The notes below the pieces were generated by a model. It was not told where the DNA came from and made no database searches. It saw nothing but the letters and a program-made list of their open reading frames with translations. Shown piece by piece: positions 52,216 to 64,000 of a stretch of DNA of 64,000 bases. The stretch lies in assembly GCF_963921235.1 (NCBI RefSeq), contig NC_086097.1:192450001-192514000 (forward strand), written 5' to 3'. Positions within the stretch are counted from its first letter, which is position 1, and each line of letters starts with the position of its first letter. Both the position numbers and the translations under genes were made by a program. The stretch comes from Mobula hypostoma (lineage: Eukaryota).

Positions 52216-52646
52216 TTATTTGCAAAGGACTTTAATATTAACCTCTCTGACAATTATGGACAACCTCACAGTACTAAACGAAAATGATTATATCACTATA
52301 TTACTTTAATTTGGAGATAAATAATGGATTTAAATGACAGTAGGAGCATTGATACAGACTACTCTGTGCCTTATTCAGGATGAGGTGTGTGACACTAGGC
52401 CAGTATACAAAATATCATGAAGGAGAAAGTCTCATTCTGCTTGTCATGATCAATGAGTCTACTTTGCACCTGCAGGACTGGTGCTTTCCTCTTTTACAAT
52501 AATATAGTGACTGAATTAACACCAGTTGTGCCAAAATCCTGACTAGGGAAAATTCTCTTTCATAATACTGCCAAGTTGTTTCTTTTTTCCATGTATGCTA
52601 CCTGTCCTGCTGAGTCTTTTATGAAAACCAACAATTCTTTTATATT

Positions 52647-52891
52647 AGCAACACACATCAAAGTTGCTGGTGAACGCAGCAGGCCAAGCAGCATCTATAG
52701 GAAGAGGCGCAGTCGACGTTTCAGGCCGAGACCCTTCGTCAGTCTTCGTCAGTCCTGACGAAGGGTCTCGGTCTGAAACGTCGACTGCACCTCTTCCTAT
52801 AGATGCTGCTTGGCCTGCTGCGTTCACCAGCAACTTTGATGTGTGTTGCTTGAATTTCCAGCATCTGCAGAATTCCTGTTGTTTGCGTTTG
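52647..52891. repeat. Young palindromic PLE pLTR insertion with two opposed hammerhead cores, 14-bp TSD
   Basis: Arms about 52647-52744 and 52755-52850 are near-perfect inverted repeats; TSD aattcttttatatt at 52633-52646 and 52892-52905. Confidence 0.93.
52750..52787 (+). ncRNA. Minimal type-I hammerhead ribozyme motif, intact core
   Basis: CAGUC CUGACGA AGGGUCUCGGUCU GAAAC GUC GACUG; 5-bp helix I. Confidence 0.82.
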
Positions 52892-53235
52892 AATTCTTTT
52901 ATATTTCTGGTTTTCATTCAGATTTCCAACATCTAATTTTATTGATATAGATAGGAGAGGTATAGAAGGCTACAGTCCAGATGCAGGTTGATGAGACGAT
53001 CTAGATTAATGGTTTGGCATGGAATAGATGAGCCAAATGGCCTTGTTCTGTGCTGTGGTGTTCTATGACTCTATGACCCACAACCACCTCAGGGGTCTGA
53101 TGATGAGGCATGACTTCCAGATACAGACCAGATCAATCTTTCCTAACTACGATGCCTTTGCGCCAGAGAAGACTAAGTTTTAAGATTAAACCTTGCCAGC
53201 TTCCTGTAATTGCAGCTTCCTCTTTGATTGAGCAG

Positions 53236-53920
53236 TGTAAGGAGTTTCTTCTTTTATGTTATTGCGTAGGCTAATTAAAGTGGCTTCTTTGTTATGTTAA
53301 CTGCTGAGAAAGTTCTCTCTCTGCTTGTTTGAGTTATAGTATTGATAAGAGAGAGAATGAACCAATTGGGATAGATGTTATTCTTTCTTGTGTGTCTGTA
53401 AGCTATTGTGATGCGTGGGATTTTGGAAGAAGGCGTGATGGGGAGAGAGAAGGTGGACACGATGCTGTGAGCTGGCCGATGGAGTGGACCCTGAGCTGGA
53501 GTCCGAGGTCCAGGATCTTCGATGATGCGAGGAGACGATGACAGACTCATGTGGAGCGCCTGGTCGACCACCGTGGTTGGTCCCAGGCGGCGGGTCGAGG
53601 TGGTCAGAGGGGATCGAAAGGTGAAAAGAGGATCGTTACTAGAGCTCCAACTGTTGTGCACGAAGAGTTTGAAATTTGATAAGATTGATGCCTTTTACTT
53701 TCCTTTTATATTTTATCTCTATTAATTATACAGTTCCAATAATATCTATAAATTGTAATTCATTTAATCGTATATGGTGTATTGTCTGTTATTTGGTGGG
53801 AAGGGGGGGTATATCACACAGCATCCAAACAAACTTAATTACCCAGTTTGGTGGGACCAAAGACTGCTTCCCCTAGACGATAGTGAGTTGAGTGAGCCTG
53901 AGGCTTACCAGAGGGCTACA
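53236..53920. mobile_element. Solo LTR (685 bp), TGTA...TACA termini, 4-bp TSD
   Basis: gcag|tgtaagg...gggctaca|gcag; internal CCAAT motif and CpG-rich segment. Confidence 0.85.
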
Positions 53921-54820
53921 GCAGTAAACTTCTCACTCAGCATGAGCATCAGAACTTCAGCCCCCTCTCCAGCTCCTGTCTGGTATCTGCTTCAGCTACT
54001 TAATACAAATTTATTATATTACAGAATCGTAACTTGGAATTCTGGGCAATCAAAGATTTCAATAACTATACTAGGTTTACACATATGTTCATGTTTGAGA
54101 TGGAAAATGATTTCAGTAGAACTACATAATCATAGGCAAACAACAGGATCATAATCATAGGGTTTTGTTTCTGGTGGAAAAATACAGACTTCAATGTTTT
54201 CCATCCATATTTCTGTTGTTGAAACTAATTAAATGCTTCTGGCACATGGTGGGGTTTCTAATACAACTTCTGCATTTGCTTGCTTAGTTGAAGTACTCTT
54301 CCCAATGGTTTACAACTTGATGGCCACTCAGTGTTAACATTTCCACAGGCAGGCCATATAGCACTTTCCTGATCTCTACATTTTAAATTTAGCCTGGTGG
54401 GTGGTCAAAAAATCACAGTGGATCAGAGATGAGTCAGAGTCAATATCAGAATCATATTTAATGTCGCTGGTATATGTGGTGAAAAATAACATTTAAAAAA
54501 AAAAGTAACTTGCAATAAGAGTATGCATAACATATTAAATTAAATAAGTAGTGTAAAGAGAGGGCAGAAACGAAAAGAAATAGCAAGGTAGTGTATCTAG
54601 GTTCATTGTCCATTCAGAAATATGATGGTGGAGGAGAAGAGGCTGTTCCTAAAATGTTGTGTGTCCTTTCAGGCTCCCATACCACCTCCTTGATGGTAGC
54701 CATGCGAGGACAGCATGTCCTGGGTCATGGGGCTCCATGATGAAAAAACTTAGCTAAATGTTATCAAATAGGCATCTCCTTCTTAGTTCTCATGACTTTA
54801 TATTCACAGAGTCCTCAACT

Positions 54821-55075
54821 AGGGCAGCACAGTAGTGTAGCAGATAGCACAAATCTTTACAATGCCAGCAATCACTGATTAGGATTTCAATGCTGTTTGT
54901 AATGTGTTTGTATGTTCTCCCCATGGCTGCATTGGTTTCCTCCCACTTGCATATTGTTAGGGTTAATGTGTTTTGGGAACACTATGTAGGTGTCAGAAAG
55001 TGGTGACACTTGTTGGTTGCCTGCAGTACAATTCTTGGACTATGCTGGCCATTGACACAAATGGCCCATATACAT
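54821..55075 (+). mobile_element. tRNA-derived SINE (V-SINE-like), degraded
   Basis: gggcagcacagtagtgtagcag..agcac head; 'gtttgtatgttctccccatggctgcattggtttcctc' V-domain-like core. Confidence 0.6.
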
Positions 55076-55087
55076 CATGGAACGCCA

Positions 55088-58000
55088 TCACCCATATACC
55101 CATATAACCATATAACAATTACAGCATGGAAACAGGCCATCTCAGCCCTTCTAGTCCGTGCCAAGTGCTTACTCTCACCTAGTCCCACCGACCTGCACTC
55201 AGCCCATAAACCTCCATTCCTTTTCTCTCCATATAGCTATCCAATTTTACTTTAAATGACAATATCGAACCTGCCTCTAACACTTCTACTGGAAGCTTGT
55301 TCCACACAGCTACGACTCTCTAAGTAAAGTAGTTCCCCCTTGTGTTACCCCTAAACTTTTGCCCCCTAACTCTCACATCATGTCTACTTGTTTGAAATTC
55401 CCTTACTCTCAATGGAAAAAGCCTATCCACGTCAACTCTATCTATCCCCCTCATAATTTTAAATACAGGTGTCCCCCGCTTTTCGAATGTTCACTTTACA
55501 AAACCTCACTGTTATGAAAGGCCTACATTAGTATCCTGTTTTCGCTTTCAGAAGGTGTTTTCACTGTTACGAAGAAAGGCAGTGCGCGATAAAAAATCAG
55601 CGCGCGATAAAAGGCAGCGCGCCCCCCCACTCCCAGCGGCCGCTCTGCCCCGGATTCGGAATGGCATTGCTTAAATATGTTGCATTGAGCAGTCATTAGC
55701 AAGATGAGTTCTAAGGTGTTGGAAAAGCCTGAAAGAGTAAGGGTGTTACACTTAGCGTAAAACTAGACATAATTAAGCGTTTCGATCGTGGTGAATGAAG
55801 CAAGAACAAAGTGAGTTTGGCTTGTGCAAGTTGACGAAGATGATGTTGAAGAGGTTTTGGCATCCCATGACCAAGAACTGACAGATGAAGAGCTGATGCA
55901 ATTGGAAGAGGAAAGGATAACAATCGAAACCGAATGCAACCGAATACAGAAAGTGAAACAACTGCTTGAGATTTTCGCTGCAATGATAAAGTACAACTTT
56001 AATTTTGAAAAGGTATGTAGGTTTAGGGGATATTTGCAGGATGGTCTGAGTGCTTACAAACAACTGTATGATAGAAAAATGCACGAGGCTCAGCAGTCAA
56101 GCAAGCCTTCCACATCAGACACAGCAGACGATGAACCTCGACCTTTGACATCGAGGCGGGCAGTCATAGGAGAAGAAGAGCTGCCTGCACTGATCGACGA
56201 TGAGATGACACCCCCGTGTCCCACCACCCCAACACCCGGGCCCCGGACAGATACTGTACCGATTCGCGAAGAACACAACGGTAGCCGGGAAGCACACAGC
56301 ACATCTTTAAGGAAAAAGACGAACTAAACATGCTAATTAATTAGGTGCCGCCTAGCACGTATTTGTTGGCCCAGATCAGTGTCGATGCAATTGGCAATCG
56401 CCTCTGATCTGCGTCGACATTTATAGGCCCAGCAGCACCTAATTAATTAGCACGTTTATTTTGGCTTTCTTCTTAACGATGTGCTGTGTGCTTCCCGGCT
56501 ACCGCTGCGTTTTTCACGGCAATGTATCGGGTCGGCGGCCCGGAGGGTGGGGGCCACTGCACCACCCAGCCTGTGATGACTCAGTCTAACAAACCATCAT
56601 CAGTGTGCTCGGTGCTGTTTTCCCAATTCCAGTAGGTGATACTATACTGTACATACATTATTTCTACTTTATATAGGCTGTGTATTTTTACGTGTTATTT
56701 GGTAGATTTGGCAGCTTCATAGTTTAAAGGTTACTGGAGAGCGCGTTTATACCAAAAGCACTTGCGTGAGATTTTCTGCCGAGAGCACTTGAGTGAGATT
56801 TTTGAAACGGAGATCTGTGCAGGCAATCATTGTAGAGAAGTAATTCTACTTTATATAGGCTGTGTATTTATCATACCATTCCTGCTTTTACTATATGTTA
56901 CTGTTATTTTAGGTTTTATGTGTTGTTTGGCATGATTTGGTAGGTTATTTTTGGGTCTGCAAATGCTCACAAAATTTTCCCATATAAATAAATGGTAATT
57001 GCTTCTTCGCTTTACGATATTTCGGCTTACGAACCGTTTCATAGGAACGCTCTACATTCGGATGGCGGGGGAAACCTGTACCTCTGTCAAGTCCCCCCTC
57101 AACCTTCTATGCTCCAACGAATAAGGACCCAACTTGTTCAACCTTTCTCTGTAATTTAGGTGCTGAAACCCAGGTAACGTTCTAGTAACTTAGTCTCTGT
57201 ACTCTCTCTATTTCGTTGACATCTTTCCTATAATTCGGTGACCAGAACTGTACACAATACTCCAAATTTGGCTTTACCAATGCCTTGTACAATTTTAACA
57301 TTACATCCCAACTCCTATACTCAATGCTCTGATTTATAAAGGCCAGCATACCAAAAGCTTTCTTCACCACCCTATCCATATGAGATTCCACTTTCAGGGA
57401 ACTATGCACCATTATTCCTAGATCCCTCTGTTCTACCGCATTCTTCAATGCCCTACAATTTACTATGTATGTCCTGTTTTGATTAGTCCTACCAAAATGT
57501 AGCACCTCACACTTATCAGCATTAAACTCCATCTGCCATCTTTCAGCCCACTCTTCTAACTGGCCTAAATCTCTCTGCAAGCTTTGAAAACCTACTTCAT
57601 TATCCACAATGCCACCTATCGTAATATCATCTGCATACTTACTAATCAAATTTACCATCCCATCATCCAAATCATTAATGTATATGACAAAGAACATTGG
57701 ACCCAGTACAGATCCCGGAGTCACCAGCCTCCAACCTGACAAACAGTTATCCACCACTACTCTCTGGCGTCTCCCATCCAGCCACTGCTGAATCCATTTT
57801 ACTACTTCAATATTAATACCTAACGATTGAACCTTCCTAACTAAACTTCCGTGTGGAACCTTGTCAAAGGCCTTTCTGAATTCCATAAAGACAACATCCA
57901 CTGCTTTACCCTCGTCAACTTTCCTAGTAACCTCTTCAAAAAATCCAATAAGATTTGTCAAACACGACCTTCCATGCACAAATCCATGTTGATTGTTCCT

Positions 58001-60050
58001 AATCGGACCCTGTCTATCCAGATAATTATATATACCATCTCTAAGAATACTTTCCATTAATTTACCTACCTCTGACATCAAACTTACAGGCCGATAATTG
58101 CTAGGTTTACTGTTATAACCCTTTTTAAACAATGAAATATGATCAATACGCCAATTAGCTTTTCTAATTTCTTCCTTAAGATTCTTTTTACATTCTTTAT
58201 ATTTCTCGAGCACCTCATTTACTCCATGTTGCCTATATTTATTGTAAATATCTCTCTTTTTCCCAAACAAATTTCCAATATCCCTTGAAAACCATGGCTC
58301 TCTCAAACTTTTAACCTTTCCTTTCAACCTAACAGGAGCATAAAGATTCTGTGCCCTCAAAATTTCACCTTTAAATGACCTACATTTCTCTAATACATCT
58401 TTCCCATAAAACATTTGTCCCAATCCACTCCTTCTAAATCCTTTTGCATCTCTTTAAAGTTAACCTTTCTCCAATCAAAAATCTCAACCCTGGGTCCAGA
58501 CCTATCCTTCTCCATGATTATACTGAACCTAATGGCATTGTGATCACTGGACCCGAAGTGCTCCTCAACACATGACCTGACCTATCTCACTCCCTAACAG
58601 GAGATCCAACACTGCCCCTTCTCTAGTTGGTACCTCTATGTATTGCTGCAAAAAACTATCCTGCACACATTTTACAGACTCCAAACCATCCAGCCCTTTT
58701 ACAGTATGGGCTTTCCAGTCTATGTGTGGAAAATTAATATCTCCCGCAATCACAACCTTGCGCTTACTACAATTATCTGCTATCTCCATACAAATTTGCT
58801 CCTCCAATTCTCGCTCTCCATTAGATGGTCTATCATACACCCCTACAAGTGTTACTACACCTTTCTCATTCCTCAATTCCACCCAAATAGCCTCCCTAGA
58901 TGAGACCTCTAATCTATCCTGCCAGGGCACTGCTGTAATATTTTCTCTGACAAGCAATGCAACACCTCTCCCTCTTGTCCCTCCAATTCTATCACATCTG
59001 AAGCAATGAAATCCAGGAATATTTTGTTGCCAATCACACCCCTCCTGCAACCATGTTTCACTAATAGCTACAACATCATATTTCCAGGTATCAATCCATG
59101 CTCTAAGCTCATCCACCTTTCTTACAATGCTCCCAGCATTAAAATAAATGCATTTAAGAAATTTTCCACCTCCTACTCTCTGTTTATCACTAACGGTGCA
59201 AACAACTTTACTATCTCCTTTTTCTTCCTTCTCCCCTATATCTTTTCCTACTCTTTGGTTCCCCTCCCCCTTTGTATCTAGTTTAAATCCACTGGAGCCT
59301 CTCAAGCAAACCTACCTGCAAGAATATTTGTCCCTCTTCAGTTCAGATGTAAACCGTCCCGCTGGAACAAGTTCCACCTTCCCTGGAAAATTGCCCAATT
59401 ATCTATAAATCTGAAGCATGTCTTCAGCCACATGTTGATCTGTGCTATCTTACTATTTCTAAACCTGCTTGCACGTGGCACTGGTAGCAATCCTGAGATT
59501 GCTATCCTGGAGGTCCTGTCCTTTAACTTGGCGCCTAACTCCCTAAACTCACCTTTCAGAACCTCCTCGCTCTTCCTCCCCACGTCATTGGTCCCTACAT
59601 GGACCACGACATCCGTCTGCTTACCTTCCCTCTTGAGAATACTGAGAACTCATTCCGAGATATTGCGGACCCTGGCACCAGGGAGGCAACAGACCATCCG
59701 GGATTCTCGATCTCTTCCACAGAACCTCTTATCTATCCCCCTAACTATCGAATCCCCTATCACTACTGCTCTCCTCTTTTCCCTCCTTCCCTTCTGAGCT
59801 GAGGGTCCAGTCTCGGTGCCAGAGATGCAACCACTGCAACTTGTCCCTGGTAGGTCGCCCCCATCAACAGTATCCAAAATGATATACTTATTCTTGGTGG
59901 GAATGGCCACAGGGGTGCTCTGCTCATTCTGTCTATTACAGGTGTAGTCATCAGGAATAATTGTGCTCGCCCTGACTTCCCACATACTACAAATGGTGCT
60001 TTCGACTGTCCTAACTGCTGCCTCCATTACCTACTCCTAAGTTAATTAGA
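55088..60050 (-). mobile_element. Near full-length but broken CR1 LINE: ORF1 (Zn-finger-like start, SGNH esterase) and ORF2 (APE plus RT), interrupted by Tigger
   Basis: VVIGDSIVRG (59650-60027); VHVGTND...RDGLHLN (59338-59607); YFNAGSI...AISETWL...GDINFPHIDW (58565-59305); YINDLD...KYADD (57182-58423); (ccatataa)n tail at about 55090. Confidence 0.95.
55466..57078 (+). mobile_element. Internally deleted Tigger/pogo-like DNA transposon, TA TSD
   Basis: TIRs caggtgtcccccgc and gcgggggaaacctg flanked by TA; the CR1 host reads through; HTH remnant (VTLSVKLDIIKRFDRG) abuts the acidic C-terminus (EEVLASHDQELTDEELMQLEEE); no DDE domain. Confidence 0.88.
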
Positions 60051-61143
60051 GTAATTATAGGACACAAACGGCCCATATCACTGTATGTTTCAATGTTTCA
60101 ATATTTTAGTTAATTTTTACCTTATGCCTTGTTGGAATTTTCAACATTTATTTTTTCAACATTTTCTACATTCCCAACCTGACCGTATTGTGAATACTCT
60201 GTCCTCCTCGTGAGGTACAGTATTTGTCATTGGAGCCATCGTAGTGGAGTTGGCTGATTATAGCTGGTTTAGTTGCTGGAAAAAGGTGTTAAATATGTTT
60301 CCCAATTAGTGTTAGGATCCACCCTTGCATCATCTGGTTAAGCTCTTATCAGGCAGCCACCTGATCACTAGGAGACATTGTTATCTTCCTCCTTATTCAA
60401 AGTTCATATTCACAGAGATCATCCATGGATCTGGCTACAGTTAGCCATACATTTAACCAGCAAGGTGGTACGCCCTTTCCACCACATATGCAAGATCTCA
60501 ATATGCTTTTGATGTATGGGCTTAATGTTTTTTTCAGTGCCATCATGACTGCTTCCTTATTGTCTGATGAGTAATGCAAACACTGGCTTTGCATGTAAAT
60601 TAAAGTTCTTTCTGAGGATATTCTCTCAGCTGCAGCTGAAAGCATAAGCATAATTGTCATTTTAAATAAAAAATTTCTATGCTAAGTTTTTTTTTGTTGT
60701 TTTGACAAGGTTGGAAGATTGCCTGAAAGGAAATTGCAAATAAGATTATCAACCTGATTTTCTAACACCTATTGTCTGCCCTTGTGGCTTCACAACCTTA
60801 TAGTCAGATTATACAAATACGTACAGATTTCTCAGAATACAATAAATAAATAATGCTGTTAGCATGCAAAAGAACAAAGACATAAAATAAGCATAGATGT
60901 TTCTTAAAATATAAACCAAAAAATCAAGTGGTGTATTAATTTCCATTTATATAGATAAGTCATGCTCCATAAAACACAACCAGGCACTTCCTTGTAATTC
61001 ACATTAGCACATTTGATGTTTTTCCGATTTCACATTCCCAATAATATCATTAGTCATAAATTTCTTTCTTACTGGAATCAATTGGAACTTTTGATTGGAA
61101 TTTATCACTTTCATGGAATTCTCACAATTCAGCTGGGACCGTA

Positions 61144-61216
61144 CAGGAGTCCCCTGCTTTTTGAACGTTCACTTTACGAAATCTTGCTGTTACGAAGAAC
61201 CTACATTAGTTACTGT
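61144..61216 (+). mobile_element. Solitary Tigger left-end fragment
   Basis: caggagtcccctgctttttgaacgttcactttacgaaatc..gttacgaagaacctacattagt matches 55466-55532. Confidence 0.8.
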
Positions 61217-61444
61217 ATCTGAATTTAAGTCTGTTTAAAGGAAAATGATAGCCAAGAGACTTGACTGGGCAGCTTTAGAACTGACTGCAAGTTGCAAAAA
61301 CAGCTTCCAAAGTCGAGCTGCACATTCAAACCAACAGAGAATGTGTTCTCGAGTATTTAGCTGTTGAAATTGTCATTCAACTCCTGTTTAGTGCTGCCAC
61401 CTCTCATAGTATTCTGTTACTGGAACTCACCGCTCACTGCTGCT

Positions 61445-62472
61445 GTAGGAGATCCCCACTAGCTTCAAAAGGGTATCAATCATACAAGTGCCCAAGAAGA
61501 ACAAGGTGAACTGCCCCAACAACTACCATCTAGAGTTAACTCCTGTCTGAGCAAGGACCTAGACCTGCTGGAATTTGCCTTCTGTCACTAAAAGTCTACA
61601 GTGGACGTAATCTCACTGGTTCTCCACTCAGCTTTGGAGCACCTAGACAACAGCAAAACATATGTCAGGCTGCTGTTTATCAATTGCAGCTCAGCATTCA
61701 ACATCACCATCCCCTCACTACTAATCTACAGCTTCTAAAGTAGGTTACATGGTCGGCAAGAGTCTCAAATAGTGATAAGGAGCTGTACAGGACTGAGCTG
61801 GATCAGTGGATTGAATGATGCTGCAACAACAACCTTACACTCATTGTCAGCAAGACCAAGGAGTGGACTGTGGACTTCAGGGAGGAAAATTCACACCAAT
61901 CCTCATTGATGACTCAGTAGTGGAAAGGGTGAGCAGCTTCAAGTTCCCGGGTGTCAGTATCTCTGAGAATCTATCCTGGGTCCAACACATTGATGCAATC
62001 ACAAGGAAAGCACACCACTTGCTATACTTCATTAGGATTTAAAGAGATTTGGTACGTCACCAAAGAGTCTTGCAGAATTCTACATATTGGAAGCATTCTG
62101 ACTGGTAGTATCACAGCATCGTATGGAGGATCGAAGGAGGCTAATGAGGGCTGTAGACTCATCCAGGTTCATTGCAACACAACCCTCTCTGCCATTGAGG
62201 GCATCTTCAAAAGGCAGCATTCATCATTAAAGACCCTCACCATCTGGCATATGCCTTCTTCATTTTATTACCATTGGGGAGGAGAATGAAGGCTCACACT
62301 CTATGTTTGAAGTTTTTTACCCTCTGCCATCTGATCACTTTCTGAATGGTCCATGAGCACTATCTTGTGTAGTCTTTTGCACTCTTCACTTTTTTTCCCA
62401 CTTACAGTAATTGTTGCCGTAAAATGGCAAATTTCACGTAATATGTCAATGATAATAAAGCAGATTCTGATT
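61445..62472 (+). mobile_element. Rex1/Babar-like LINE RT/3' remnant, degraded
   Basis: PILIDDSVVERVSSFKFPGV.ISENLSW..HIDAITRKAH..LYFIR (61815-62042); aataaagcagattctgatt tail. Confidence 0.8.
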
Positions 62473-62824
62473 TTGTTTCACTATTTGCACCATAAAATTA
62501 GTATGGATTCCTGTAACAGATCTTTACATCACCTCACAATTGTACCCATCGCCACATCAGAGAAGTCACCCAGGTGAAGTGTACAAGCAGAGTTGAGTTC
62601 ATGCATTTCATTGATGACCAGGTAGTAAGTCAACATGTCCCTGCAGCCATTACAGTAAGAGCTGCCATTAGTAACACAGATTCAACCACAGAATAGCACA
62701 CCTAGTCTCTTTCAGTAAATCTAGAGGCTCTCTTCTTCATCTTTGTGGTCTCTTTCTCCATTTCTCCCCAGTGATAGAGATGGCATGTGTGTTATGTCTG
62801 GTTGTAATGAATTATAACGGTTAA

Positions 62825-63205
62825 GGTCTGTTATAAGATTTGTTATTGTCAATGTACCAAGGTACTCTGAAAAATCGGTCTTGATTGTCATCCTTGCAAA
62901 TCATTGCACAACAGCAACACATTGAGGTAGTGCAAGGGAAAAACAATAACATAATGTGGAGTATAGTGTACAGTGACTGATAAAGTGTGGTTAGATAATA
63001 AGGTGTAAGGGCCACAATAGGGTAGTTTGTGAGATCAAGAGTCAATCCTATCATACAAGAGTTCCATTTAGAATAAAAGCTATACTTAAACCTGAGGGTA
63101 CATGGTTTCAGACTGTGTGTCTACTACCAAATGGCTGGGGGAAGAAAAGGAATATCCAGGGTGAGTGGGGTTTTTGATTATGTTGGCTGCTTTATGAAGG
63201 CAGTG
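62825..63205 (-). mobile_element. Degraded Rex1/Babar-like 3' end
   Basis: CLHKAANIIKNPTHPGYSFSSP (within ORF 63086-63289) and a gatttgttattgtca tail. Confidence 0.6.
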
Positions 63206-64000
63206 AGAGCTCAGATGAGAGTGCATCAAATTGCCAAAAACGTTTGGTCCCTTAGGAACTATATAGCAGATGCTTCTAGTGTTAACCACAACATTATTTC
63301 TAAAGTATCTTCAGTCAATTTCATTATTATTCTTCCAGGCATCCAATTGTACATTAATGTTTTATCCTCTTCCAATTTAGCATATGGAAAAGTAAAATCC
63401 ATTTTCTCATCAAAGATCTTTTTTGTAGTATCATGCTGCAAAAGGTTACCAAAGGACCATGTTTGGACAAGTGGTTAAAAAATATGACGCAGTTCTGCAC
63501 CATTCAGCTGCTTTTTCATATTTATTTCCGTTAATTATCAAGTATCATCCTTCTGGAAAAATTTCCATTGGCACTTCCATGGAACATCATTTAAAATTAA
63601 GTGAGTGGAGACAGATAAAGGTGTAATCTATGTGAAAATACTTTCAGGAAACAAAAGAATATAATAAATATCTTGAGACTCTTAGTGCTGTCAAATTTAA
63701 TTGCATGCATTATAAAGCAAGCATGTGCAAAAGAGGTTTTTGACACTTGCACAGATCCTGCTGTTTACTAGAGATCCATAGCTTCTAATCTAGATTGAGC
63801 AAATTAGCTCTTTTCCAGCAAATGTAGCAGGTTATACTAGTTAGTTGTTACATGTATTTTTCTCAAATACAGCAATTGACTGAACACAAAGAGAACCTGC
63901 ATTAACCAACAATTACCTTTATTGGTACAGTTAAAACCAAACATACAAGTCGTACAATACTAAATATCTGTGTGCACACCCACTAGGTTTCTTTAACTCT

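Noticed and set aside
8624..52891. Recurrent motif of about 36 nt as a CRISPR repeat
   Set aside because: It is dispersed, on both strands, with no regular spacers and no cas genes; it is the PLE hammerhead motif.
52645..52936. Mirror-image 90-aa ORFs on both strands
   Set aside because: These are an artefact of the palindromic pLTR; the same peptide (NAAGQAAS..RG.VDVSG) appears wherever the pLTR occurs.
57182..58423. 413-aa RT ORF as an active element or a retron/DGR-like system
   Set aside because: It is ordinary CR1 ORF2 with internal deletions and flanking frameshifts, interrupted by Tigger, in a eukaryotic context.
60060..60660. 87-aa minus-strand ORF and downstream fragments as a gag or viral relic
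   Set aside because: No recognisable motif; the length is within chance expectation.

Overview
This is repeat-dense eukaryotic DNA. It is most likely a cartilaginous fish (ray or shark) intron or intergenic region; that assignment is inferred from the repeat repertoire and not verified. I cannot support any intact host protein-coding gene, rRNA, tRNA or CRISPR array. Almost all long ORFs are broken retroelement fragments: CR1 LINEs (including ORF1 SGNH esterase), L1/Tx1-like LINEs, Rex1/Babar-like LINEs, Penelope-like elements (PLE; RT plus GIY-YIG) and Gypsy pol remnants. There is also a solo LTR, several SINEs and an internally deleted Tigger/pogo DNA transposon. The most interesting signal is a family of minimal type-I hammerhead ribozyme motifs (AGUC-CUGAYGA-AGGGUCUCGGCCY-GAAAC-GUC-GACU) in the PLE terminal repeats. 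About ten intact, decayed or deleted copies are present. Several sit in short non-coding insertions bounded by target-site duplications (TSDs), and four of these are palindromes whose inversion point lies at the ribozyme. Multi-layer nested insertions with readable TSDs give a relative chronology. Boundaries of old repeats are approximate, and family assignments come from motif recognition, not database searches.
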